Below are positions 16,804 through 26,696 of a stretch of DNA of 59,542 nucleotides, piece after piece; within the stretch, counting starts at the first letter, position 1; the number at the start of each line of letters is the position of its first letter. Origin of the DNA: a virus (Duplodnaviria; Caudoviricetes); IMG/VR virus record IMGVR_UViG_3300030329_002202, positions 1 through 59,542 of that record, one strand, 5' to 3'. A model generated the notes under the pieces. That model worked only from the letters and a program-made list of their open reading frames with translations, was not told the DNA's origin and searched no databases. The translations under genes were made by a program, and so were the position numbers.

Positions 16804-18873
16804 ATGTCTAAACAAATTATTCTAAATGTAAGAAGTTTAGGGGACATAATAGAAATCCAAGGATTAAAAATACAACTACCAAAAAAGCCTAAAAAAAAAG
16901 ATATATTATTTTCTGATAAGAAAAAGGCTGAACAAAGGTGGGTTAGGGAAGAAATGCCCAAAAATTTAAATAGAGATACAGCAGTAGATTATTACGATTA
17001 TATTGAACGAGAGTTCATAAGAAGAAGAGAGGGATTGTGGTTTATGAATAATGGTGAGGCTACCTACATAACAGGTAGTCATTATATGTTTATACAGTGG
17101 TCTAATATAGATGTTGGTTACCCTGATTATAGAGATGCTAATAGAAAGTTTTTTTTATTCTGGGAAGCTTGTAAAATAGACCCAAATTCTATGGGTATGT
17201 GTTTCCTTAAAAATAGACGTTCTGGATTCTCATATATGGCTAGTGCTGAGATGGTTAACTTAGCAACACAAACCTACGAGTCTAACTTTGGTTTATTATC
17301 TAAAACAGGTTCTGATGCTAAGACAATGTTTACAGACAAGGTTGTTAGGATATATAGAAGGTATCCATTTTTTTTCCAACCTATACAGGATGGTTCCAGT
17401 AATCCAAGAGTAGAATTAGCATTTAGGGAACCAGCTAAAAAAATAACAAAGAAAAGTAAATATATACAAAAATCAGATGCTCTTAATACTGTTATTGACT
17501 GGAGAAATACAGCAGATAATAGTTATGATGGTATGAAACTAAAACTACTTGTTCATGATGAGGCAGGGAAATGGACAGGCTCTACTTCTATAGCTAAAAA
17601 CTGGTCAGTAACACAAACATGTCTTCTTCTTGGTAGAAAAATTGTAGGTAAATGTATGATGGGTTCTACTGCTAATAAATTAGAAGATGGTGGTTTAGAA
17701 TATAAAAATTTATATTATGATTCTGATGTAACAGACAAAGATTTAAATAGAAGAACTAAATCTGGGTTATATTCTTTGTTTATACCTGCAGAAGAAAATC
17801 TAGAAGGCTTTATTGATGAGTATGGTTTTTCTGTAACAGAAACTCCTAAAAAACCAGTAATGGGGATGGATGGTGTAAATATAGATGTTGGTTCAAGGGA
17901 TTATATAAAAAACAGAAGAGATGGGTTAAAGAATAATACTAATGAGCTGTCTGAGTTTAAAAGACAGTTTCCATTTACTTCAGAAGAGGCTTTTAGAAAT
18001 GACTCATTGTCTAGCGTTTTTGATGTTGAAAGAATATATCAACAAATGGACTATAACGAGGTGACAGAAAATCTAACAACAAAAGGAGATTTTATTTGGA
18101 AGAATGGTGTTCAAGATAGTGAAGTTATATGGATACCTAACAATAAGGGGAAGTGGGAGATATGCTGGGTTCCTGATGAAGATAAAAGAAATCTTATAAA
18201 CGTAAAGTATACTAAAAAAACCCCAGGAAATTCATTAAATCTTGTTGCTGGTTGTGACCCCTATGACCACGACACAACAACAGATGGTAGAAGGTCTAAC
18301 GCTGCTTGTCATGTTTATCATAAATTCACCATGGATGAGAATGCCCCCTCTCAACAATTTGTCTGCGAATATATTTATAGACCACCTAAAGCAGATATAT
18401 TTTATGAAGACATGATAAAGCAGTGTGTATTTTATGGATGCCCAATACTTATTGAGAATAATAAAATAGGTATAATAAAGTATTTTGAAAGAAGAGGTTA
18501 TTATGAATACTTAATGGATAGGCCTGAATCTACTCACACAGATTTTAGTAAGAAACAACAAACAAAGGGTATACCTGGTTCAGGGGTGGCTGTAATTAAT
18601 GCTCAAGCTGAAGCTGTAGCCACCTATATATATGACCATGTTGGTATAAAACCTGATACAGGAGAGATTGGAAAATGCTATTTTAATAGGCTTTTAGATG
18701 ACTGGAGTAGGTTCGATATAGGAAATAGAACTAAATTTGATGCAACAATTAGTTCTAGCCTGGCATTATTGGCATCACAAAAATTCGTTAAAATTAAGGA
18801 AGAATTGCCAAAATTTGTTAAATTTGTAAAAACTTATAATAATATGGGTAATCTATCTAAAAAAATACGATAA
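16804..18873 (+). CDS. terL: Terminase large subunit
   Basis: Walker A-like LKNRRSGFS, Walker B LLVHDEAGKW, coupling motif GSTAN, nuclease GCDPYD, IENN and C-terminal KFDATIS. Confidence 0.93.
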   Translation: MSKQIILNVRSLGDIIEIQGLKIQLPKKPKKKDILFSDKKKAEQRWVREEMPKNLNRDTAVDYYDYIEREFIRRREGLWFMNNGEATYITGSHYMFIQWSNIDVGYPDYRDANRKFFLFWEACKIDPNSMGMCFLKNRRSGFSYMASAEMVNLATQTYESNFGLLSKTGSDAKTMFTDKVVRIYRRYPFFFQPIQDGSSNPRVELAFREPAKKITKKSKYIQKSDALNTVIDWRNTADNSYDGMKLKLLVHDEAGKWTGSTSIAKNWSVTQTCLLLGRKIVGKCMMGSTANKLEDGGLEYKNLYYDSDVTDKDLNRRTKSGLYSLFIPAEENLEGFIDEYGFSVTETPKKPVMGMDGVNIDVGSRDYIKNRRDGLKNNTNELSEFKRQFPFTSEEAFRNDSLSSVFDVERIYQQMDYNEVTENLTTKGDFIWKNGVQDSEVIWIPNNKGKWEICWVPDEDKRNLINVKYTKKTPGNSLNLVAGCDPYDHDTTTDGRRSNAACHVYHKFTMDENAPSQQFVCEYIYRPPKADIFYEDMIKQCVFYGCPILIENNKIGIIKYFERRGYYEYLMDRPESTHTDFSKKQQTKGIPGSGVAVINAQAEAVATYIYDHVGIKPDTGEIGKCYFNRLLDDWSRFDIGNRTKFDATISSSLALLASQKFVKIKEELPKFVKFVKTYNNMGNLSKKIR

Positions 18874-21360
18874 ATGGAATTTATAGAAAATGCTTTTGAA
18901 AAAATAAAAAAGGTAGGTGGATACCCAAGTCCATTCGCAACACCAGAAGAAAAGGAAAAAAACGAATATGGATTAGCTTATTTCAAAAAAATGTATCATG
19001 ACTGGAAAGATAATGCTGACATGAAAGTTGACAGCAGAAGGTCTAGGTATGTTAAATCTAGAAGTTACGCACAAGGTTCTCAAAATGTTTCTAAGTATAA
19101 AGATTTGTTGGATGCACAAGGAGATACATCATATTTAAATCTAGACTGGACACCAGTAAATATAATTCCTAAATTTGTTGATTTAATAGTTAACGACTTA
19201 TCTAATCAAGAATATGAAATTGTAGCAAATGCTATAGACCCTATATCAGAGACATTAAGGGAAAGAGATAAGAAATCTCTTTTTGCTAAAATGTTGGTTC
19301 ATCCAGGAATGAAAGAATTGAGTAAAGCTACTGGATACGATTTACAAAAAAAGGGATATGTCCCCCAAAACCAAGAGGAGTTAGATATTCATATGGCTCT
19401 TAACTATAAGCAGTCAACAGAAATAGCTGTAGAAAATGGTATCAAATTTGTTATGGACATTAATAATTATGATGGAATTAAGAAATCAATGATTAGAGAC
19501 CTAGTTGTTTGTGGTATTGGTGCTTGTAAAACAACTATAGACCCAAACACTGGGGTTAAGATAAAACATGTAGACCCTGCTAATCTAGTTACATCTTACA
19601 CAAACAATGAAGATTACAGTGATATTCAACACGCTGGAGAAGTGTATACCATAACTATAGGTGAATTAAAAAGAATAGCAGGAGACCAATTGAGTGAGCA
19701 GGATTATGAGAAGATAGCAAAAGAGTTTGCAGGAAAAAATCACAATGACCAGATAAGTCCTAATTATGAATCATACATGAATGAGTATCAAGATGAGTTT
19801 GAATATGATAAATATAGGGTGACAATAATGGACGCTGAGTTTATGTCTGTTAATCAAATCAAGTATGAAAAAAAGAAAAATGCTTATGGTGGTTATACTG
19901 TAACTAAGAAAAAGGGTAAATATAAAAAGCCTAAGAAATCTAAATTTGAAAGAGAACTTATACAAACATCTGTTAAAGTTGTTTATTCAGGAAAATGGAT
20001 TGTTGGAACTGATTATGTTATAAACTATGGTTTGGCTAAAAACATGATGAGAAATAAATCTAACTTAACAGAAACAAAATTATCATATATTATATATGCA
20101 CCAGGCACACATAAAATGGTGAATAAGTCAATGGTCGAAAGAATGATTCCATTTGCAGACCAAATACAGCTTGCACATTTAAAACTTCAACAGGTAATAG
20201 CAAAAGCTAGACCTAAGGGGGCAGCATTTGAATTAGGCTCATTAGAAAATGTATCTAAAGGTGATGGTGGTTCATTCACCCCTTTAGAGTTGCAGGAAAT
20301 ATATGACCAGACAGGTAATATATATTATAGAACAATGAGTGACACAGGAGAGGCCTCTGGTGCAGTTCCTGTTCAAGAATTAGAGAATGGTATTGGTGGA
20401 GATATGGAAAAGCTTATATCTATATATGCTCATAATTTAAATATGATTCGTGATGTGACTGGTGTTAATGAAGCTAGGGAGGGTGCTAAACCACCAAGTG
20501 AAGCTTTGGTTGGTGTTCAAAAATTACAAATAATAGCGTCTAATAATGCTACTAAGAATATAAATGATGGTTATTTAAGTATAACAAAGAGGGTCTCTGA
20601 GTGTACTGTTATGAGACTACAAGACGTTTTAGAAAGCAAAAAGAAGAAGAAGTCTTATATGAATGCTTTAGGTAAATCAACAGTATCTATGTTTGGGGTT
20701 AATAAAGATATATCTTTACATGAGTTTGGAATAACTCTTGATGTAGCACCAGATGAGGAGGAGAAGCAACAGTTAGAAGCTAACCTACAAATGTCTTTAG
20801 CTCAAAAGGAAATAAGACTAGAAGATGTTATAACAATAAGAAGAGTTAAAAATGTAAAGCTTGCTAATCAGGTTTTAATGTTTAGAAGAAAGAAGTATCA
20901 AGAAGAGGAAGAGAGAAAAGCTAAAGAGGCACAAAAAATGAATGCTGAAATACAGAGACAAGCTAATGAACAACAGTCTCAGTTAAAGATGCAGGAAGTA
21001 CAAAGCATGGCTCAAGTTGAACAAGCTAAAATAAATTCAAAAGCTCAAGCTGAGTTACAAAGGTTGGAAGCAGAATTTACTTTAAAGAATCAACTAGAAG
21101 ACATGAATCACCAAAGAAGGATGAAAGAGATTGCTCTTAATAATTCTGGAAAAAAAGATGTAGCTGACGTATCAGGTAAAATAAAATTAGATGCACAAGA
21201 TAAAGCTGCCTATAATCAATCTAGGTTGGTGGAGCAAAAAAGAGATAGGGCACTGCCTTTAACTGATGTTGTATCAGACCCTAGCATGCCTAAAGCTATG
21301 CCTAGGATTATAGAGGAATCAGGTCCAAAAGAAAACCCAATGCCAAATATTTTAAAATAA
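18874..21360 (+). CDS. Portal protein
   Basis: 828 aa directly after terL; IIPKFVD, IRDVTGVNEAREG, long Gln-rich coiled-coil barrel. Confidence 0.88.
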   Translation: MEFIENAFEKIKKVGGYPSPFATPEEKEKNEYGLAYFKKMYHDWKDNADMKVDSRRSRYVKSRSYAQGSQNVSKYKDLLDAQGDTSYLNLDWTPVNIIPKFVDLIVNDLSNQEYEIVANAIDPISETLRERDKKSLFAKMLVHPGMKELSKATGYDLQKKGYVPQNQEELDIHMALNYKQSTEIAVENGIKFVMDINNYDGIKKSMIRDLVVCGIGACKTTIDPNTGVKIKHVDPANLVTSYTNNEDYSDIQHAGEVYTITIGELKRIAGDQLSEQDYEKIAKEFAGKNHNDQISPNYESYMNEYQDEFEYDKYRVTIMDAEFMSVNQIKYEKKKNAYGGYTVTKKKGKYKKPKKSKFERELIQTSVKVVYSGKWIVGTDYVINYGLAKNMMRNKSNLTETKLSYIIYAPGTHKMVNKSMVERMIPFADQIQLAHLKLQQVIAKARPKGAAFELGSLENVSKGDGGSFTPLELQEIYDQTGNIYYRTMSDTGEASGAVPVQELENGIGGDMEKLISIYAHNLNMIRDVTGVNEAREGAKPPSEALVGVQKLQIIASNNATKNINDGYLSITKRVSECTVMRLQDVLESKKKKKSYMNALGKSTVSMFGVNKDISLHEFGITLDVAPDEEEKQQLEANLQMSLAQKEIRLEDVITIRRVKNVKLANQVLMFRRKKYQEEEERKAKEAQKMNAEIQRQANEQQSQLKMQEVQSMAQVEQAKINSKAQAELQRLEAEFTLKNQLEDMNHQRRMKEIALNNSGKKDVADVSGKIKLDAQDKAAYNQSRLVEQKRDRALPLTDVVSDPSMPKAMPRIIEESGPKENPMPNILK

Positions 21361-21384
21361 TCGTTGTTTGTTAATAAATTTTAA

Positions 21385-21392
21385 TATATTTG
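21385..21392 (+). promoter_or_regulatory. Bacteroidota sigma-A promoter -7 element (TATATTTG)
   Basis: TTG at 21364-21366, 18-bp spacer, upstream of the scaffold/capsid genes. Confidence 0.7.
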
Positions 21393-21424
21393 CAAAAAGT
21401 AATAACAATTTAATTTAATACAAT

Positions 21425-22630
21425 ATGAGTGAAGAAAAACTAGATGTAGCCAGTGAATTTGCAGATTTAACTGGTGCAGATATAGAGATTTCACATGAAT
21501 CTCAGTCAAATGAAAATAACGAAGATTCTCAATTAGGTAATAATATAATTGATTTGACTGGAGATGTAAGTGAAACAGAACAATCAAAATCGCCTTTGGA
21601 AATGGCTATTGAAAGCGAAAGTCCAGAGGAGGTGGTAGAAAGCTCTTTGAAATCAGATTCTCGTACTGATGAGAATGAACCAGAAGTTACCCCTGAGGCC
21701 CAGGAAGCACCTGAGGAGCAGGAGTATCGTGAGCCAGATAATGATTCGTATGATAAAACTCTATCTATGTTAAACGAAACGTATAACACAGATTATGATA
21801 ATTTAGACGATTTATTAGATGACTTAGAAGGCGAGAATAGGCCAGGTTTTGCTAGCGAACAGCTAGAAGAACTTAATAGATTTGTTTCTGAAACAGGAAG
21901 GAGTGCACAGGATTACTTTAAAACACAAACTCAGAATTATGACGAAATGTCTGACGCTGAGGTTATAAAGGAATACTTGTCTCTAGAAAACCCAGAACTT
22001 AATCAGGAAGAAATAGACCTATTTTACAATAGTACATACAAGCAGGATGAGGATAAATACAGCTCAGAAGAAACCCAGTTGGGAAAAATTCATCTTAAAA
22101 GAGATGTCTCTAAAGCAAGAGGTGAGTTGAAAGAACTTCAGGAAGAGTATTGGTCACCAGACGAAACTAGTGACACATATTCTGATGAAGAAATTCAACA
22201 AATTGAAAGGCAACATGAGGAATCAAGAGAGGAATTTTATGACCAAATGGATAAGGAGTTAGATAGCATTGAATCTTTAACTTTTCAAATTAATGAAAAT
22301 GAAAGTTTTGATTATAAACTAACAGAAGAAGATAAACAAGTTGTAGGAGAGGCATTATCTAATTTAGATGATTTTTTCTCTCCATATATGGATGAGCAGG
22401 GAAATATAGATAGAGAAAGTTTAGCTTTAGACATGATGGCTATGAAGCTGCAAGGCAATATAGTTAAAAGTGTTGCTAGTCAATACAGGTCTAAAGGTTC
22501 TGAACAAGTCCTTAAACAGATTAAGAATCCATCTTTTGAACCTGCTAAAGTAACTGATAACAAGAGTAATAACTCTGTAGATAAACAAATAAGTGACCAA
22601 ATTTTTGGTGACTCAACTCTATGGGGTTAA
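21425..22630 (+). CDS. Probable capsid scaffolding protein
   Basis: Very acidic helical protein between the portal and the major capsid gene. Confidence 0.7.
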   Translation: MSEEKLDVASEFADLTGADIEISHESQSNENNEDSQLGNNIIDLTGDVSETEQSKSPLEMAIESESPEEVVESSLKSDSRTDENEPEVTPEAQEAPEEQEYREPDNDSYDKTLSMLNETYNTDYDNLDDLLDDLEGENRPGFASEQLEELNRFVSETGRSAQDYFKTQTQNYDEMSDAEVIKEYLSLENPELNQEEIDLFYNSTYKQDEDKYSSEETQLGKIHLKRDVSKARGELKELQEEYWSPDETSDTYSDEEIQQIERQHEESREEFYDQMDKELDSIESLTFQINENESFDYKLTEEDKQVVGEALSNLDDFFSPYMDEQGNIDRESLALDMMAMKLQGNIVKSVASQYRSKGSEQVLKQIKNPSFEPAKVTDNKSNNSVDKQISDQIFGDSTLWG

Positions 22631-22674
22631 AAGTGTATTAAAATAAATTATTAAAAACTTAAAATTATTAAATT

Positions 22675-24078
22675 ATGGCAAGTGTAAGTTTAGGTTCTGG
22701 GATGATATTAAATCCAACAAGTGTTGCATTAGCAACCCAGGACAATTACGTAAGTGCTCTAACTACTGCTGCTTTAGCTATGCATAAGCGAGACGTAGAC
22801 GAGAACTTTGTCAAGAGGTATGGTAATCAAGGTATTACTGGACTTCTTGAATTAGTGGGTGCTAAAAAAGAATGTACCCAAACAAAATTTGAACATTATG
22901 AAGAGGCGTTTATTCACAACGTTGTAAAATTATCAACAACAGGAACAGGTTTTTCTGCTAATACTGCATACCACTTTGAGTATACAGAGCAGGACAATAC
23001 AGACCAGTTAAATGGCGACCAATCTATTGGTTCTAATACTGATACACCAGTGAGAGCTGGAGACATCTTATTAGCTCCTAATGGAGAGTTAGGTTATGTA
23101 ACTGCTGTTGCTTCTGATGGTGATGTTGATGCTCAAGCATTTGATGGAACTTGGTCTCTAAGTGCTTCTACAGAATATGAATTTGCTATTATAGGTAACA
23201 TGTGGGCTGAGAATACAGACCAACCTTCATCTTTAATGCCTAGAATCCATACATATACAAATGAATGTATGATTATTAAGGAATCGTTTGAGGTGTCAGG
23301 TACTGAAGCTACTAACGTGGTCTATTTTAAAGTAGATAACGAAAAGATGGGTTCAGGTTATTTATGGTACCTAAAAGGTGAGGCTGATACTTATAAAAGA
23401 TTCTTAGATTATTGTGAGTTGCAATTAATCATGGGTCAAACAAATTCTAATACTGGTATTTCAACTTTAACTTCAACTGAAGGTTTACTTTCTTTCATTG
23501 AGAATAAAGGTCAGTCTATGGATTTAGGTTCTGCTTCAATTACTATGGCAGACTTTGACGCTATGGTTAAGTCTTTAGATAAATATAGAGGTGCTAAAGA
23601 GATGGCTCTTTACGCTGGTATTGATTTATCTTTAGATATTGACGATTTATTAGCTGCTCAAGGTGCTTATGCTGCTGGTGGTGCTAACTATGGTACGTTC
23701 CAAAATAAGAAAGATATGGCTCTAAACTTAGGGTTTAACTCTTTCACTAGAGGTGGATATACATTCCATAAGAAAACTTATGATGTGTTTAATCACCCTA
23801 AATTATTAGGAGCTTCTGGTATGAACTACGCAGGATATGGTATGTGTATTCCTATGGATACTCAAAGAGATGCTAAGAGTGGTTCAAAGATACCATCACT
23901 TAGAATCAGATATAAAGCTGCAAATGGTTATTCAAGAGAAATGGAGCACTGGTTAACAGGTTCTGCTGTTCTTAAGAATAAGACTAATTCTGAAGATAAC
24001 TTGAAGTCTCACTATAGAACTGAGAGAGGATTTGAAGGGTTTGCACCTAACAGATTTATGTTAATCAAGAAATCTTAA
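22675..24078 (+). CDS. Major capsid protein
   Basis: 467 aa after the scaffold; TNECMIIKESFEVSGT, TEGLLSFIE, GFNSFTRGGYTFH, HYRTERG; HK97-like layout. Confidence 0.85.
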   Translation: MASVSLGSGMILNPTSVALATQDNYVSALTTAALAMHKRDVDENFVKRYGNQGITGLLELVGAKKECTQTKFEHYEEAFIHNVVKLSTTGTGFSANTAYHFEYTEQDNTDQLNGDQSIGSNTDTPVRAGDILLAPNGELGYVTAVASDGDVDAQAFDGTWSLSASTEYEFAIIGNMWAENTDQPSSLMPRIHTYTNECMIIKESFEVSGTEATNVVYFKVDNEKMGSGYLWYLKGEADTYKRFLDYCELQLIMGQTNSNTGISTLTSTEGLLSFIENKGQSMDLGSASITMADFDAMVKSLDKYRGAKEMALYAGIDLSLDIDDLLAAQGAYAAGGANYGTFQNKKDMALNLGFNSFTRGGYTFHKKTYDVFNHPKLLGASGMNYAGYGMCIPMDTQRDAKSGSKIPSLRIRYKAANGYSREMEHWLTGSAVLKNKTNSEDNLKSHYRTERGFEGFAPNRFMLIKKS

Positions 24079-24105
24079 TTATTAACCTTTTAAAAGTTTT
24101 ATAAC

Positions 24106-24504
24106 ATGGAAAAAAATGTTGAAAAGTTTTTCTACTTTCAAGAAGCTAAGGCAGGGGGAAATGTAGCAGCAGATGAAGTTGCTATGTACAAGGTCTCTGA
24201 CTTTTTGGGTTTTGATACTCAAGCTGGCGACACTAATGGCACAACTCTAAATATGAGATTCAAACCTATGAAAAGGTCTGCTCTTGTTACTGATGAGGGT
24301 GGTGTTGGTGAAGAAACAGATGTTATGGTGTTAACTGTTACAGCTAATACTCAGAAATCTGTTATGGCTAGTATTCTTGATAAGATAAACGAACCTTTTT
24401 CCAGGGATAATGGTTTTATTGTGGTTGCAGATGTAGTTGGGTCTGAGTTTTTAAATAGTAATATAACAAGTGTTGTAGCGACATTAAGAGCTGCTACAGC
24501 TTAG
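24106..24504 (+). CDS. Putative capsid auxiliary/decoration protein
   Basis: Follows the major capsid gene; similar to 24530 (FYF..A / LYF..A; IN.P...NGF.V). Confidence 0.6.
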   Translation: MEKNVEKFFYFQEAKAGGNVAADEVAMYKVSDFLGFDTQAGDTNGTTLNMRFKPMKRSALVTDEGGVGEETDVMVLTVTANTQKSVMASILDKINEPFSRDNGFIVVADVVGSEFLNSNITSVVATLRAATA

Positions 24505-24529
24505 TATTAATCTTTAAAATTATATAAAT

Positions 24530-24910
24530 ATGAAAATGTTATATTTTATGAACGCCTCAGATGGAAACTTCAACTCAAACACAAGCACTGCACCAGACGC
24601 AGTGTGCTATCCACTTTCTAAATTGAAAGGTGTGGTATCTAAAGATGCTGATGAACTTGATTTGTACTTTGACTCTGCTCAAGCAGCAGGTACAGATGAA
24701 GCTAACGACACTTCAGGTACTGACAAGATAACTATAGAATTTACTACTGACGATGCTCACAAAGCAGCGTTTAGAGATATTGTAGAAGTTATTAATACAC
24801 CTAACAATAAGAGTAATGGATTTGCTGTGATTATGGACGCTGCCAACTCTATCAAGCCTAGTGCTGATATTGTTCAAGCTTTCACAATACTGACTGATAA
24901 CCCTGCTTAA
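24530..24910 (+). CDS. Putative capsid auxiliary/decoration protein (paralog of 24106)
   Basis: INTPNNKSNGFAVIMD versus INEPFSRDNGFIVVAD. Confidence 0.6.
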   Translation: MKMLYFMNASDGNFNSNTSTAPDAVCYPLSKLKGVVSKDADELDLYFDSAQAAGTDEANDTSGTDKITIEFTTDDAHKAAFRDIVEVINTPNNKSNGFAVIMDAANSIKPSADIVQAFTILTDNPA

Positions 24911-24960
24911 TAGGTAACTGTCTTGAAATGATATATAGGCAGTCTAAAGAACATATCTAA

Positions 24961-24983
24961 GGAGGGGGAGTTTCTCCTCCTCC
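24961..24983 (+). other. GC-rich RNA hairpin in the intergenic region after the capsid genes
   Basis: ggagggggag-ttt-ctcctcctcc; 10-bp stem with one G-U pair and no immediate U-tract. Confidence 0.6.
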
Positions 24984-25024
24984 AAAGGTATCTTAATTTA
25001 ATTTTTAATTTAATATTTAATAAA

Positions 25025-25954
25025 ATGACAAAGAAAAAAACATTCCCAAAGAAAAAGACCACAGAAGATGTATCAGTAGCTACTGAAACTGTTGTGGCAA
25101 CTCCAGCAGAGGAGAGCTTTGAAGTTCCTCCAATGCCTAAAAAATCTAACCCTTTTGTTAATCAATCTTTTGGTAAGAAGTCAGAAAAACCAAGCCTATA
25201 TAGGTTAACTGGTGGTAAAAGAATTAAAGGAACAAATAGAAAACAGTTTCCTGTTGTTTATATGATGAGAGCAGAAGATGTTATATATGACCCAATAAAA
25301 AGAGTAAATAGAAAGATTAGATATATACCTGGAGAATCTTCTATCTATGAAGATGAACAGAAAGATGACGCTAAAGTAAAATCACCTATTATATTTACTG
25401 AGGGTGTTTTAGCTGTGAATCATCAAAATCCAACTCTAAAAAACTTTTTAGATAATTGTAATGCTAATGGAAGCAACCCAAATAGAATGAGAGATAAAAG
25501 AATTTCATTTAAAATGGTTGATAAAGCTTCTACTGCTAAAGAAATGTTAACTAAAGAAATGAAAGAAATGGATGCTATGAATCTTGCTCTTAAAATGCCT
25601 ATTAGCAAGCTTATTGGTTATGCTAAAGTATTGGGTGTTAATGTTGACAAAAGCACAGAGGAGATTAGATATGACATGAAGGTATTAGCTAAGAAAGCTC
25701 CAAATTCTTTTATTGCAGGATTAGATGACCCTATGACAGACATTAAAGAAACAATATTAAATGCTGAAGATTATGGTATTATATCTATTCAGTCAAATAG
25801 AGTTTCTTGGAAAAGAGGTAATGAACTTAATTTAATTTGTCATGTCCCTGTTGGCATAAAACCTTTAGACCATTTTTCTGGATACTGCTTACAAGAGGAT
25901 GGGCAGCTTGTTTTAGATGAAATGAGAAAACAAATAGATAAATTTAACAGTTAA
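25025..25954 (+). CDS. Conserved-type phage morphogenesis-region protein
   Basis: RKIRYIPGESSIYEDEQ...PIIFTEG.L.V...NPTL; lies between capsid and tail genes. Confidence 0.65.
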   Translation: MTKKKTFPKKKTTEDVSVATETVVATPAEESFEVPPMPKKSNPFVNQSFGKKSEKPSLYRLTGGKRIKGTNRKQFPVVYMMRAEDVIYDPIKRVNRKIRYIPGESSIYEDEQKDDAKVKSPIIFTEGVLAVNHQNPTLKNFLDNCNANGSNPNRMRDKRISFKMVDKASTAKEMLTKEMKEMDAMNLALKMPISKLIGYAKVLGVNVDKSTEEIRYDMKVLAKKAPNSFIAGLDDPMTDIKETILNAEDYGIISIQSNRVSWKRGNELNLICHVPVGIKPLDHFSGYCLQEDGQLVLDEMRKQIDKFNS

Positions 25955-25978
25955 TAAAATTACCCATATCTGTTTTTT

Positions 25979-26011
25979 AAGGGGGGTTACTTTTGTAGCC
26001 CCCTTTTTTTT
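25979..26011 (+). terminator. Rho-independent terminator
   Basis: aaggggggttac-tttt-gtagcccccttttttt. Confidence 0.8.
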
Positions 26012-26013
26012 AT

Positions 26014-26021
26014 TATATTTG
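26014..26021 (+). promoter_or_regulatory. Bacteroidota promoter -7 element (TATATTTG)
   Basis: TTTG at 25992-25995 in the terminator loop, 18-bp spacer. Confidence 0.6.
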
Positions 26022-26027
26022 TACATT

Positions 26028-26696
26028 ATGACAATAGATGAATTATATAGGTTTGTACAATTAATGGCTAACAAGGAGAATAGAGGTTGGATTAGACCAA
26101 CTGAATTTAACTTATTAGCTACAAGAGCACAATTAGATTTAATAAAGGATAGGGTAGGTAATCCATCACCAGATGGTATGGTTAATGGATTTAGAGAAAA
26201 CTCTCAATTACACGATGAGATTAGAGAAGTTATAACTTTTGAAACCAACTTAACACCTGATGCAAATGGTAATTTTGCTTTTCCAGCAAACTATCTGTAT
26301 TTTTTAGGTGCAAGTTTTAATGGTTTAGAAGTAGATATGATTGGACATGGAGATGTAAACACAAGAAGAAATAGTTTTTTAAACCCACCTTCAGATGATT
26401 TTCCTGTTGGAACCATAACAAGTGATGGTATACAAATATTTACATCTGGTGTAACTAATCAGACTACTGGGACTTTATTATTAACATATATATCTGAACC
26501 AACTGCTCCAGTTTGGGCATTCTCAACTGTGAATAATATAGAAATATATAATGTCACAAACTCAACACAGTTAGTATTACCACCAACAACTCATCAAGAA
26601 ATTGCTCATAGAATATTATCTTACTTAGGTGTAGCATTAAGAGAGGCAACAGTAGTTGAATATGGTACAGCTAAAGTATTAGAAACAAAACAATAA
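26028..26696 (+). CDS. Tail ring / head-tail adaptor protein
   Basis: ATG 26028 (MTIDELY); FNLLATRAQ, FPANYLY, LTYISEP and HQEIA pattern of podovirus ring proteins. Confidence 0.6.
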   Translation: MTIDELYRFVQLMANKENRGWIRPTEFNLLATRAQLDLIKDRVGNPSPDGMVNGFRENSQLHDEIREVITFETNLTPDANGNFAFPANYLYFLGASFNGLEVDMIGHGDVNTRRNSFLNPPSDDFPVGTITSDGIQIFTSGVTNQTTGTLLLTYISEPTAPVWAFSTVNNIEIYNVTNSTQLVLPPTTHQEIAHRILSYLGVALREATVVEYGTAKVLETKQ

